Below are positions 13,046 to 26,498 of a DNA stretch of 64,000 nt, one piece after another. A model generated the notes under the pieces. That model had not been told where the DNA came from. It did no database searches and saw only the letters and a list, made by a program, of their open reading frames with translations. Origin of the DNA: Okamejei kenojei (lineage: Eukaryota); the NCBI GenBank assembly GCA_035221665.1, contig CM069131.1, positions 25,606,001 to 25,670,000 of the forward strand. The letters run 5' to 3'. Position numbers and translations under genes: made by a program. Numbering within the stretch: position 1 is the first letter of the stretch; each line of letters starts with the position of its first letter.

Positions 13046-14329
13046 ACCCTATTCAACATATTTGATGAGTTAATATTGTTATATTGAAGGAGAGTGTAAA
13101 TCAGCCAGTGCAACATTCTTGTAGAAGTGCCATGATATATTAATTCATCTGGTGCTGGCCACATCTAGGTTCACGGAGAGTCTGTGGTAAAGCTTGGAGG
13201 ATGAGCCTGGATATGGAATAGAATGCATCACTCGTTGTTATGTATACTGACTGGCATTCTTTTCATTTAACTTCACTCAAGATGTCTCGACTTGTACAAA
13301 TCCGATTTCTCTACCTATTATTTTATATTTTCTGTGTGGATTCTGCAACATTTTCCTTTAGTGCAATGTCTAGGACATCCAACTAATCCATTGAGTTGGG
13401 AACCTTGGTTGAAGTAATCTTTACTCTGAGGAGAGATGTACATCCTCACTAACTTTACTAATCACCAAACTACTTTCTCCCAACCAAAAGTACAATGTAT
13501 TGCTGGTTCTGGGATTCCTATTCTCTAATCTCACCTGTTGTACTGCCAATTCTGGTGTGGATTTTTAGAGGCTAAACCCTTTATAGAGCAAATGATAAAG
13601 TCCAGGTCTATTCTTGAATACTTTCTGAGCACTCTTCCCTGTCCCATTCAATTGTAAGAGAGAAAATTGCAGAGGTCCTGGCATAACCTATCAAATATGT
13701 ATGTATACTATGGACTGGAACATTGCAAATGTTAGACTCCTGTTCAAAAAAAAGTTTAAAGATAACCCCGGAAACTATAGGCCAGACATTCTAACTGATT
13801 TGAGAGATTAGAAACAATAATCAGGGACAAAGTTAGTAACCACATAGACAACTGCGGATTGATTAGGAAGAGTCAGCATGGATAAAGGCAAACGAAATCT
13901 AACTAACCTGATAGTGTTTTCCATGAAATTGTACATGTAGTCAACAAGGTTAATATGGTATTTATAGATTTCTAATGGATATTTATTAATGTGCCTTCTT
14001 GTTATCAAGACTGAAGGCAAAGACAATAAGATGTTGCAGTGCATGGATAAAAAAATATCCAAATAACAGGAAGAACAATAGAAAAAGGTCGATTATGCAG
14101 TAGAGGGATGCAGTGGAGTTCTGGAGAGGTAGATGCTAGATCTGTGGCTTTTGGAATGCTCTTGCACAGAGCCACAATGGACAAAATGGCCTATAACCAA
14201 TCTGTGATTCTTGCAGAACTAAATCACAAGGACTTTGGATTTCATACCCTAAAAGGTGTTTTATGGCATTTCATATGGCGGCACATGGCTCTCATCGTAA
14301 TGTTGATATGGTTCTTACTCTCTCGACAG

Positions 14330-14476
14330 GGTGGGGATCTTTTTGATGCCATTACATCATCGACCAAATACACTGAGCGAGATGCCAGTGCAATGATGTA
14401 CAACCTGGCTTCTGCACTCAAATATCTCCACGGTCTGAACATTGTGCACAGAGACATCAAGCCAGAGAACTTGTTG
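14330..14476 (+). CDS. DCLK2: DCLK2 coding exon (catalytic loop HRDIKPEN)
   Basis: tctctcgacag| ... |gtatgt; 147 nt; [49 protein letters not shown]. Confidence 0.96.
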
Positions 14477-14732
14477 GTATGTTTCCCAACTAAACACATG
14501 TCAGATGATTTTATTTTTCCAACGTATGTGCAATTTGTGAGTACAACATGTCAGCACTAATGTTTATCTACAATTAAGATATCACATGAAATATGCCTTG
14601 TTAATCAACTCTGTGTGGAATTAATCTGATGTTAGCTGTAATAATTTATCATTGGATGGGCTTAGATGCGATAAATATATATTGAGCAATAATATTTGGT
14701 TTACATTTTATGATCCCTTTATGGGAATTTAA

Positions 14733-15443
14733 TCGGCCTGTCCCATTTAGGCGACTGCAGGAAACTTTGCAGTGGCCACATGGTCGCCACATGTTCGCGG
14801 GTGGTTGCCGGGGAGTCGACTTCATGGTCGTGAGGAGTTCCCACATTCTGGGAACTAGTCGCGGCCTCTTTATGGCCGCCGTGAATTTTTCAACATGTTG
14901 AAAAATTAGCGGCGACTAGAATGAAGCCGCCATGGAGAGTAGCGAGAATTCTCGAGCCATAGGTGGGTCGCAAGGAGGTCCTAGTGGGTTGCCAGGAGGT
15001 CGAAGGTTCTCTTAGGTTCTCGTAGGCTAGTGAATTTCTTTGGCTCATTGGGAGAATAAAACATAAGCAGTAGTTTTCAGAACCAAGGATAACCGACCGG
15101 TAATGTTAAATGTCCGCCGAGCTTCACAGCTGTGTATCTCTGGTTTCTTAAAAGTTGTCTGGCTTCTTAATAGTTGTATCCACTACTTCTCCCTCCCTCT
15201 TCTCCCCCCCCCCCCCTTTAAAGGACTTATCGTACACTGTGCTAGCCGTCTTAATTACAGCGCCAACCTTCCTGTTCATCGCGGTGTGTGTCTGTTTCAC
15301 CTTTGCACCGTGTAAATTGCAGACAACGCCCCCCCCCCCCCCCCCACTTGCCCTGGCCCCGCCTTTACGATGTGTATGTGCGTGTTCCACTCTAAGAAGT
15401 CGCCGGCAGACGCCTGAAAAATCGCCTAGGTGGGACAGGCCCA
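14733..15443. mobile_element. PIF/Harbinger-type MITE copy 3
   Basis: TAA|TCGGCCTGTCCCAT ... GTGGGACAGGCCCA|TAA; shares the ttttcaacatgttgaaaa palindrome with copy 6. Confidence 0.8.
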
Positions 15444-15477
15444 TAAAGAGAACGTTCAAGATCTTTTTTTTTGAACA

Positions 15478-16460
15478 ACACTAATCAAGAATCTATCTAT
15501 CTCTGCCTTAAATATATCCACTGACAGGCCTCCACAGCTTTCTGTGGCAAAGAATTCCACAGATTCAACACCCTCTGACTAAAGAAATTCCTCCCCATGT
15601 CCTTCCTAAAATATCTTTGCTTAATTCTAAGGCTATGACCTCTAGTCCAAGACTCTCCCAGTAGAGGAAACCACATCCACTCTATCCAAGTCTTTCACTA
15701 TTCTGTTTGTTTCAATGAGGTCCACTCCTCTTTCTTCTAAACTCCAGCAAGCACAGGCCCAGTGACGTCAAACGCTCATTATAGGTTAACCCATTTATTC
15801 CTGGGATCATTCTTGTAAACCTCGTCTGGACCCTCTCCAGAGCCAGCACATCCTTCCTCCAAAGTTGCTCACAATATCCCAAATGTGGCCTGACCTGCAC
15901 CTTATAGAGCCTCAGCGTTTCATCCCTGTTTTTGTATACAAGCCCTCTCGGAATAAATGCTGGCATTGCGTTTGCTTTCTTTACTTCTGATTCAACTTGC
16001 AGATTAACTTTTTGGGAATCCTGCACCAGCACTCCTAAATCCCTTTGCAACTCTGATTTCTGGATTCTCTCCCCATTTAGAAAATAATCTATGCCTATTC
16101 CTACTATCAAAATGCATGACTCCACACTTTGCTACACTATATTCCACCTGCCACCTCTCTGTCCACACTCCCAACCTGTCCAATTCCTTCTGCCGACTCC
16201 CTGCTTTCTCTACATTACCTGCCCCTCCACCTATTTTCGAATCATCTGCAAACTTAGCCACAAAGCCTTCAATTACCTCATCCAACTCATTAATATACAA
16301 GGTGAAAAGTAGCGCTCAGCACCGACCCCTGTGGAACTCCACTAGTCACTGGCAGCCAACCTGAAAAAGTTTGTTTTATTGCCATTCTTTGCCTTCTGCC
16401 ATCAAGCCAACCTGCTATCCATGCTGGTATCTGCCCTTTGATACCATGGGCTCTCATCTT
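15478..16460 (-). mobile_element. CR1 LINE ORF2 (RT) 3' fragment, frameshifted
   Basis: ORFs 16004-16300 (YINELDE..KFADDSKIGG) and 15712-16125 (QRDLGVLV..LYKVQVRPHLGYC..LERVQTRFTRMIPG). Confidence 0.9.
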
Positions 16461-17924
16461 CTCTCATCATCTCTCATTATAAAGCCCAACTTATCCACAA
16501 ACGGACAAGTTCTGAGTTTGTCTGGTTGTACTAAATTGATCACAGAATGTCTTTCGTATGACAGTAATGGGAGTAATTGGAACTTCCTGAGGAGCTGAAA
16601 TAAATTATGTAAATTCATTATTTTTTTTCCTTAACCATTCCTTTGTGTATCACTTAACAAGCGTTAATTTTAAAATCCATCTGCCTCATCATTATCCATC
16701 TACATAATTGACGATCTTCAAGGAGTTTTGGACCAGTCACATTCGTGCTCAATACTTGCCCAGCGGTTGCCTTGTTTCAGCAGAACATTTGGTGGTAATA
16801 TTGCAGATGTTTTGTTCTTTATTGTTCATAATTATTACCAGCAGTAATAGTTTCACATAACCACCGTGGAACATAACGAGTTATTTCTCCTCGGGCAGGG
16901 AGTGTTCGAATTTATGTCACAATCTGTCACATATTCAATCCCAGATACCAACATTGAGCTCCCTTCCTTAAAGAAAGTTGATCAAATGCCTCTGTAAAAC
17001 AAGTACCACAATTCCCTGGATTGGCTTTGCTCATTAGTTTATATATAATCTCAAAACAGTTTAAACCTTTTAAAATATATATTTTATTTTAAAACATTGC
17101 CACTTCATCAAAAAAGTTCTGCTAGATTTGTGTTCTTTAAATATTCTGCCATGATATCACTTGTAATCATACTTTTTTTCCACATGCATTTAATTCTATC
17201 TGGCTTGTATCTAGCAACTTAATTTGTCCCTCTTTTTGAATATTAGCATACTAATTTGTCATCTTCCATTATATAGGAAATACAACAAAGACATAATTAA
17301 TTTCTTGTTCTCTTCTTTGAAGATTCCAGGACATATCCCACCCTAAACTTTTTGGCGATTCAACCCTTCCAGTTTCAATGCAATGCTTTCTTTGCCAATA
17401 TCCTTCTGTGCCATGGGTAGCTTTGCTATGACCAGAATTGTGTGATTTTTGGATGTCTGCCTTTAATTGCACTTTGTGTAGGGAGTCACAATCTACTTTC
17501 TCTTTGTTCCTTTGAGCATATTTCTTCTGTATTTTAGATTGTTATAAAAGTGTGTCTACGCTTGGAAGTCTGTGCCATATCAAAGCCTTGACATACTGCT
17601 GTCTGTTTGATGCTGTAAATGCCTTTCTAATCTCAGCACGACACTGGATTTTAGCTGCATTTTTCAGCCGAATGGCAAGGGCTTATCTCCCTCTTAAGAA
17701 CATCCCTTTTCCCAGCTGTTTTAAAATGTAGTTCACAATTAATATTATTAAAGGCTCTTCTCATTTTTCCAAAGGCATGAAACCATACTCACGGAGGATG
17801 TTTCCATGAACTAGAGAAACAACAGTAGTTATACTTGACGTGTGCTCCTCATGATAGGCACACTTAAATTAATGCTATGTCTACTTTTGGAAGCCAGTAC
17901 TATTTCAAAGCCTTGATGTAATGC

Positions 17925-18526
17925 TTCTACTTCTTTAGAAGGCTTAGGAAGTTTGGCAAGTCCCGTACAACTCTCACCAACTTCTACAGATGCACCATAG
18001 AAAGCACTTTATCAGGATGCATCACAGCTTGGTTTGGGAACAGCTCCATCCAAGACCGCAAATTGCAACTAATTGTGGGCATAGCCCAGACCATCACACA
18101 CTTACCTCCGTTCCACTGATTCCATTCATACCTCAGGCTGCCTCAGCATGGCCAGCAGCATAATCAAGGACAAGCCGCATCCTGGCCACTCCCTCTTATC
18201 CCCTTTCCCTTCAGGCCAAAAGAAAGCGCACACCACCAGATTCAGGGACAGTTTCTTCCCAGCTGTTATCAGGCAACTGAATCACCCTACCACAACCAGA
18301 GAGCAGTGTTGATCTACCATCTACCTCTTTGGTGACCTTCAGACTAACCTTGATCAGACTTTGCTGGCTTTACCTTACACTAAATGTTATTCCCTTATCA
18401 TGTATCTATACACTGTAAATGGATCGATTCTAAATTATAATCATGTATTGTCTTTCTGCTGACTGGTTAGCATGCAACAAAAACTTTTCACTGTACCTCA
18501 GTACACGTGACAATAAACTAAACTAA
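17925..18526 (+). mobile_element. Rex1/Babar-type LINE 3' fragment
   Basis: Reads RRLRKFG..TLTNFYRCTIESTLSGCITAWFGN; ends caataaactaaactaaa. Confidence 0.75.
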
Positions 18527-19225
18527 ATTGTCAAAATGCTGGCGATTCAGTGCCAAGTTTTGAAACCTAAGTACCAGTCAGTATTAGAACTACCATTACT
18601 GCATGCCGTATAGTCTGCACTTGATTGAACATCCCTTTTCAATGCAATCGCAGTGAGGAATGTGGGGAATCCGCTGTGGTGGGTGTTTATGTTAACTTTT
18701 ATGTAGTTGTCTGTCTTGATGCTTTTTTTAGTGTGGCTGTATGGTAATACGAATATCACTGTACCTTAATTGGTACACGTGACAATAAGATACCTTTGAA
18801 ACCTTTGAAAGGCAAATTGTTGAATCCCAGAAGTAGGCTGATTTGTATTTCTGAGAAACATCAGCAACAGTCCCAGAATCTGAAGCAACTCCAGCCTCAC
18901 TATAAACTAAGGTCCCCACTGATTGCAATTGCATTTGAGCTCAACCATTGTGCAGTAATTTTGTATGCAGCAGCAATACAAAAATCACTGTAGAAAATAT
19001 TCACATCTCCTTTGGCAGCTGCTAAAGCTTTCTGATGACTTGATATTGGCAGTGTTCTAATTGTTTCCTGTGAAAACCCTGTGATGTGTCTAACTCAGTA
19101 TTTCTTTTGTACTAAAGGTATTAGCTATTCCATAATTTCTCTATTATATTCGACATTCAGCATTCATTTACTTTAATCGACTTTAAAATGCTTATCCTAC
19201 TCGAGTCTATATACTCAGTACTTTG

Positions 19226-19452
19226 ACACAAAATGCTGGAGTAACTCAGCAGGACAGGCAGTAACACTGGAGAAAAGGAATGGCTGATGCTTCTGTGTTT
19301 CTCCCTCTCCCCTGATATCAGTCTGAAGAAGGGTCTCGAACCGAAACGTCACCCATTCCTTCCCTCCAGAGATGCTGCCTGTCCCGCTCAGTTACTCCAG
19401 CATTTTGTGCCTATCTTTGTTTTAAACCAGTGTCCGCTTTTCCTTCCTACAC
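19226..19452. mobile_element. Inverted pair of Penelope terminal repeats with hammerhead-like motif; 15-bp TSD
   Basis: TSD atac(t/c)cagtactttg at 19211-19225 and 19453-19467; CTGAAGAAGGGTCTCGAACCGAAACGTC at 19323-19350. Confidence 0.8.
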
Positions 19453-21779
19453 ATACCCAGTACTTTGTATGGCATTGAGTGATATATTTTAAAGTCGTTA
19501 GTTCTCCTTTAGGATAAATATAGGAACTGAGGGAAATGCTTCCAAATCACGACTCCAATACGTTGCAGTTTACTTCTTGCTGTTTCTTCAGTGGAAGATC
19601 AGCTGAAACTCCTAGAGGAAGAATGGGAATGTGTGTTCACACCATTGATGTGAAGTCTTCCTTTGTAATTTGAATATCACTGAACCTTAATTGATGCACG
19701 TAACAATAAAATACCTTTGAAACCTTTGAAGTCTTCATTGAAATTACAACGTCTGCTCCAGAAAGAAAGAAAGGTAACCACAGTGCCGGGCTAACAGTGA
19801 TGGGCAACTGTACCGCCTTCCAGTGAGTGTGATAGCTGTTAAACATCAGGGACCTCATTATTGACATTTCCTCCATTGTACCATCTTTTAACTCCATGTT
19901 GAGAAGTAACAGTGAACTACTGATAGTCAAGGCCACCAGCTCCAAATATGTAAATTATCAACAGACCCAAATTTTGAAACAGATATGTAGGTGGGCAGTT
20001 CTTTGAAACTATTGGAATGTTGTGCAGCAGCAAATAATGTAATACATTTTTCAAATGGATAGCACATGGAATTGAACACAAATTTCAGCATATAGTAGAG
20101 CCAATGCCACACATTGGTTGGTTCTTTCTGAAGGAGTGTGAAGTTGTGCTGATTGTATTATGACTTAACAAGGTGCAATAATTGGCTACCAAAAGGGTCA
20201 AGCAAACATTAAGTACCTGAATTACAAGGGGAAGCTGCAGAAACTGCACTTGTTTAGTTTAAAAGCGATTGGAAAGGATTTTACTGAAATATCCAAGACC
20301 TTTACATTTGTCAAAAATGTTAAACGTGAGAAATATTTAACCTGAATCTGGAAATGAACTGTGACAAGAGGCAGAATGAAATAAATCTCAGATAAGGGAA
20401 CATATTTCTCTAGATGTGACAATCTGTAAGTTCTGCTGTGCAGTGCTACATTGTTTTAATGCAGTACATCTTGAATTTTTATCAAAATTGCTCAGCTTAA
20501 TGAGGTGCTTGGTGCACAGGCAGTACACGTCCAGATCTTTGAAGCAAGACCTCTGTGTGAATGACACACCCAAGCACAGGGTCAACATGCAATATTCAGT
20601 TTGACACCACATCTGTGAAATTGTACTATGCAAAAGCTGAGGCCCTGAGTAGCAAAGCAGATGTTGGCTGGGATGGGGGACGTTGAAGCCTGCTTTGCAG
20701 CTTAAGTGCCTGACCCGTCCCAGGGCCCTGCTGGCTAGTCTGCGACATTCATCATCGTTCAGATAAGCTTTTCTTTGAGTTTTCATTTTTACAGAACCCC
20801 TCAACAGCCCTCTTGCCCTCAGCCAAATACAATCATCTCCCCAACCACTGCCCAAACATCTTCCCGAGCCCCCACCTCCCCTGATCTATCTACATTTTCT
20901 CAGTCTTATTCCATTACATCCCATCCTTACAATCTTCACTCCTTGACTCACCATAACCCCCTCCGCCGCCCCCACCCCCACCACCACCACCATTTTCACC
21001 TTTTTACAACTCAATCTGGTCTCCAGAGTATGTCCTCTGCAGTCTGCATTTGCTTCACTGGTGGAACAATGTGTTGGTTTTCACTGGTAAGCGTGAAAGC
21101 CTTGGGCCTCATCCACGATAAAATGTTCAAATGAGGACAACTCAGACAAAACTGTTGTGTCCCTCCCCTCTCCCACGAGATGCCACTTTAACATGCAATG
21201 TTATGTAGATTATAATTTCTGGCCCAACTACTTCAAACAGAGGATGAGTAATGCTTTAATGCATTATTTATGGAAGCATTCGCAGCTGATAATAGCAGTA
21301 ATTATCAAAGGAGTTCAACAGGCATTTGGTAAGAAAATTAATTGAAGGATGTTGTTAATTAACCATGTATCCTGAGACTAGCCTGGTATATATTTCCCCA
21401 GTTCAATTTCTGCTTTTATTTTTATTTCATTTTTGGCCAGTATTACATTTTTTGGCAAGAATACATGAAATTGTCAAGGATTTTAAAAACATCATTCTCC
21501 AGATGGAAAAATCTTTGTTTTGGGCCCACTGGTTCTAATACATGATAAAACTACTTATTTTATAGAACCTGAGACTGAGTTCTATTCTGATTATTTTTGT
21601 ATTAGTTTAAGGAGGGGACGCATCAATATCTCCATCAGGACTTGTGCTTGAGTGCTTGCTGTCTGGTTATATTTTCCTGTCTTTGTCAGTGTTTCCAGTA
21701 CATTCAGGAACGATGTCAAACTCTTGGTTGCCCCAGAATGGAATGTTGTACTATATTGTTTGCTGGGAACTACGCTCTG

Positions 21780-22195
21780 CAGGAAAGGAACTGCAGATGC
21801 TGGTTTAAACTGCAGATAGACACAAAATGCTGGAGTAACTCAGCGGGACAGGCAGCATCTCTGGAGAGAATGAATGGGTGACATTACGGTTCGAGGGTAG
21901 AGGGCGAGGGAGATACATATATACCAGGGGAGAGGGAGATACATAGATAAGGAAGTTTAATGTATGAAACCAGGACAAAGGCGATGAAGATAAAGGAAAA
22001 CGTAGAATAGATCATTGTGAGCTGGGAGAAGGTAACAACAAAGCAAACAGAGATAAAATGTACTCGGAAACAGTCAGACTGGTCGGACAACTGGGAAAGG
22101 GGAGAGAGGGAGAAAGCAAGGGTTACTTGAAGTTAGAGAAGTCAATGTTCATATCGCTGGGGTGTAAGCAGCCCAAGCGAAATATGAGGTGCTGT
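21780..22195 (-). mobile_element. Penelope-like element 3' fragment
   Basis: Antisense pLTR (gaactgcagatgctgg...gacacaaaatgctggagtaactcagcggg) plus antisense of QHLIFRLGCLHPSDMNIDF (GIY-YIG C-terminus). Confidence 0.75.
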
Positions 22196-22844
22196 TACTG
22201 TGTGTTCACTGATAACTGGTGGAGGTACATAAGATTGAAAGTGTGCACCACCAGACTCAAGAACAGCATCTTCCCCTCTGCTTTCAGGCTTCTGAATGGT
22301 CCTTCCATAAGCTAGGGTACTGTTTGATTCACATCTACCCCAATGGTCTTTGTCCGAGGAACTGATACCTACAATGCTAAGAACTATATTCTGCACTTTA
22401 TCTTCTCTTTTACTCTATCTATTGTATTTGAGTTTGACTTGATTTGTATTCATGTATGATAATTCTAATCTGTTTGGATACCATGCAAAGCAAAACATTT
22501 CACTGGATCAACAATGTGACCACAATAAACCCAACCCTAAAGATGAAGCCAACAACTCTGACATACAGTATTGGTAGCTTGTGTATCCTGCACACCTTGA
22601 TCATCCCCTGCAGGGCATGTCATCCCATTGCACCTTTATGCTTCACTGGAAAATATGTAGTTTTTACTAATTAATTGATATTATTTTTTTTCTCCCAAAC
22701 TATTGGGGGAAAGATTTGTTAAAATACAAGTTAAATTGTTCATCTTCCAGTTTTATTTTTCTCATTGTTAAGAATAGCTGATGTATATTAAATTGAAATT
22801 CTGATTATTTAGTTGTATCACTAAACATTTTGAGAACAGATAAT

Positions 22845-23165
22845 AGAAACATAGAAACATAGAAGGAGTAGGCCATTCGGCCCTTATTTCATGCATTCCT
22901 GCTTTTTTTCCTTATTTCATGCATTCTTTCCTGCTTTTTCCCCATATCCCTTGATTCCTTTAGCCCTAAGAACTAAATCTAGCTCTCTCTTGAAAACATC
23001 CAGTGAATTGGCCTCCACTGCCTTCTGTACCAGAGAATTCCACAGATTCACAACTCTCTGGGTGAAGATGTTTTTCCTCATCTCAGTCCTAAATGACCTA
23101 CCCATTATTCTTAAACTGTGACCCCTGTTCTGGACTCCCACAACATCGGGAATATTTTTCCTGCA
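22845..23165 (-). mobile_element. CR1 LINE 3' end
   Basis: ORF 22917-23141 RGHSLRIMGRSFRTEMRKNIFTQRVVNLWNSL; (atagaaac)n microsatellite tail. Confidence 0.85.
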
Positions 23166-25339
23166 TAACGTACCAAATTTAGGAAAAATGGTGGGAGTTG
23201 CCCCTCAGTACTGCATCTTAGAGAACTTGTCCGCAAGTCACTTCCTTCTCAACACTCACAGAGCTTGAAGATCCTGTGCAGTTTCATTGGAAATCTTTAT
23301 TTATCATTTCATGTGCCGTTCTCCTACTTAAATTCCGCAAGTACAACTTTTAAAAACTACTGTGCTTACACAGTTTAAATTAAAAGGAAACATTGAGAGG
23401 CATGTCCTTTCAGGGTAATGTTGGAGTCATACTGTTCCTTTTTTATTGGATTTTTTTTTTTGTGGGCTGGGTGTAGAATCTGGGCATCATTGGCAAGACC
23501 AACATTTATTCCCCTTTTGAAAGGAGCTGCTTTCTTGAAATGCCGTGGGTCCATCTGGTGCAGTCTTACTCCCGCAGTTTTCTTTGGTAGGAAGTTAACA
23601 CCTCTGTACAAAATCCTTATGCAAAACAAAAAAAATCACACTCAGCATGAAATGCTCAGCATGCAACAGACACGATCCTGCCACGAGCCATCACTGGAAA
23701 AAGGAATGTGGAGCTCGTGAGAAATTTGAAACATGCAGGCTATGGATGTGTATCCTTTTATGGAGCATTCCAAGTAAGAATTTGTGTCTTTCCAGAAGTT
23801 TTGATTTTTAATAATTTTAAAATGTCTTCATCAATGAAACAAAAAAGCTTTGATATGACAAAAATAGACATTCATTCCTCTAGTTTGTAGGTTTTCATAG
23901 TGCGACTTCCTCCATGGACTAAAATAACGGTTCATCATGCGGGTCAGGCACACTGAAAACCACTCTATCATCTCCTGCTGGAGAATTGGCCATATTCCCC
24001 TGGCCATGCTTAAAGCACATCAGAAAGAGGCAAGCCAAACTGTTAATTAAGAACAAAACGAATCCCTCAGGAAAACAATAACCAAATTATGAGAAACACT
24101 GTAAACATCTCATCAGACAGTTAACTGAATTTCAGCATGATCAGGATAATTTTTAAGTTTTTCATTACATGAACGTAATGAAAATTCTTAGAAATGTGAA
24201 AGATAATGGCAAAGAAGGTAAAAGTGTACAGATCCAGAAAATTAGCATGCGATTGCAATGCACAGTTAACCTTTGCCTCATGGCTTCCAGCGCAGGCAGT
24301 ATGCCAACATTGTGCTGCCTACTCATTTACTTCATTACTGTCTGCAGCCAGCATAAGGTGCCTTTGTTCATTGGCTTATCTCACAGCTGGAGGCCAGAAG
24401 CACTAAATTTAGCCTGCACTACTCACAGTCAGCACATTTTAACTTAATCCGAGATGTATTCTGGCTACAGGACATTCCAGAGCATATTCTACCCTGGAAG
24501 ATGCTCAGTGATAGCATTACGCATGAGACAGCGTTGCACAGGTGAAATAAATTCATCGGGGTGATATCCTGTTTCCACTGGGATGGGGATAACTCTGATA
24601 CTCAAGTGTTGAGCCCACAGCATTTAAATACAGTGCAATCAAATGGCCTAACAATTGTTATCAGAATCAACCAATATATTCACAAAATCCATCTCCCACA
24701 AGCAACAATATAATTAAAACTTTAGATACTGTTCAATAACTTACCAGTACTCTCTTTCAAGTAGGACTCATATTGAACATTGGTATACTTCATCAAACCC
24801 TCACTCATTTAGCACTGTTGCTAACCTCAGATATGCTTCTGGTTTTGCCAGGTTTTCAACCACGTGAGCTACAGCGAACAAAATAAATGCAGGCTACTCG
24901 TTGACAAATTTCTGCTCTATTGCAGGAAAAATTATATATAAACTCAAGACACAACCACAAATGTAAAGTAGGCCTGCGTAGTTCCACTGATTTACCCCAG
25001 CGAAGGAAATCATGTTCTGACTCGGAATATCTATTGTTGAATCCATAGCCAGCAGCAAGACTGAAACCTTTGAAGATAATGGTATCCTCATACCTAATCC
25101 ACTTTCTTGCATTCCTTTCTTCCGTCATTTCTCAATCTCTTCCGATTTGCAAATTGCAGATAGTGTTTGCATGTACCTCTCAATTTCACAATTCCCACCA
25201 CTTCCACCCCCTCCAATCATTTTTTCGTGTCAGCATTTAACCCTGCAGATAGCTAAGATCTGAAACCTCACCTTGACAGTGGCAAGAAAGCAAGAAAGCA
25301 ATGAAGATAAAAAACACACATTAGATATATCCCAGGACT

Positions 25340-25880
25340 ACTGTAGCTATCAAAAAATATTGGCCTGGATGTCCAGCAGCATGTAAATTATCATGTAATT
25401 CCGCAAGGATTTACACCATGATCAAGGTGCGTCAGTACCATGGTGGAAATTCTCCATTTGCCTGGATGAGAGCTACTTCAATAAATCTCAAGAAGCTCAA
25501 CATCACCCAGGACAAAGTAACCCATTTGAATGGCATCTGATTTACCATGTAAATTCACTAAATCCACCAATACCAAACCCTGGCTGAAGTGCGTGCGATC
25601 TACATAATGCACTGCGGCAAATCGCCAAGACTACTTTAACAGGACCTGCCAAATACATGACCTCTGTTGCTGGAACTACACACGCAGCAACCAGATGTGA
25701 ATACCACCATCTGCAAGTTGTTGTTTTTTGGAGTTACTCACCATAAGACTTGAAAACACATCGCTGTATCTTCATTATTGCTTAGTTGAATCTCTGAAAT
25801 ATCTTATCTAACCAACTTACAAGACGAGAAGCTCTAGAAGGCAGCGAGTGGTGGAAAATAAATATTTGCCTGGAGACTGA
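25340..25880 (+). mobile_element. Ancient CR1/L2-group LINE 3' fragment
   Basis: Reads SPFAWMRATSINLKKLNITQDK, a decayed form of the SPLAWMSAAPTTLKKLDTIQDK-type motif; related fragment at ~35840-36100. Confidence 0.55.
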
Positions 25881-26498
25881 TGTTCACAGAAGAATAAAAA
25901 ATAGATACTGCATATAGGTCTGCACCAAATAACCTGTAACTCAGGCAGGAGGAAAGGATGGCCCAAGTACTCAGAGAACAAGGTCATCCATGACTTTTAC
26001 GGCAGACGATTCAGATGAGCACTTAGTTGGGACGGTCATAGAGTCACACGACCCTTTGACCTACCAAATCCACACCAACGATCAAGCATCCATTTAACAC
26101 GAATCCAATACTAATCTCCACATTCCCATCAATACCTCTGAGATTCTGCCACTCACCTGCAAACTGGGATCAATTTAAAGTGACCAATAAACCTACCAAC
26201 ATCCAACGTCCTTTGGTTGTGGGAGGAAATCAGAGCACTTGAAGGAAACGCACGCAGGCATAGGCAGAGCATGCAAACTCCACACAGACACCATTGGAGG
26301 TCAGGATCGAACCTGTGTTGGAGAAGTGAGGCGGTGTCTTCATTAGCAGGGTCACTTTGCTGCCCTTGTATTACTTTGGACAATCATCATAGGGTGAGCA
26401 CCTGCAATAATGCGAGGTCTATAATTGATCTTAGTTGATATATTATCATTACAGAGCTTTATAGACCTGACGTCATACTAAACTTAAACTAACCAAGT

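Noticed and set aside
15204-15345. Poly-C runs (and G runs near 32750 and 63108) as functional G-quadruplexes
   Set aside because: Simple homopolymers inside TEs; their lengths are prone to sequencing error.
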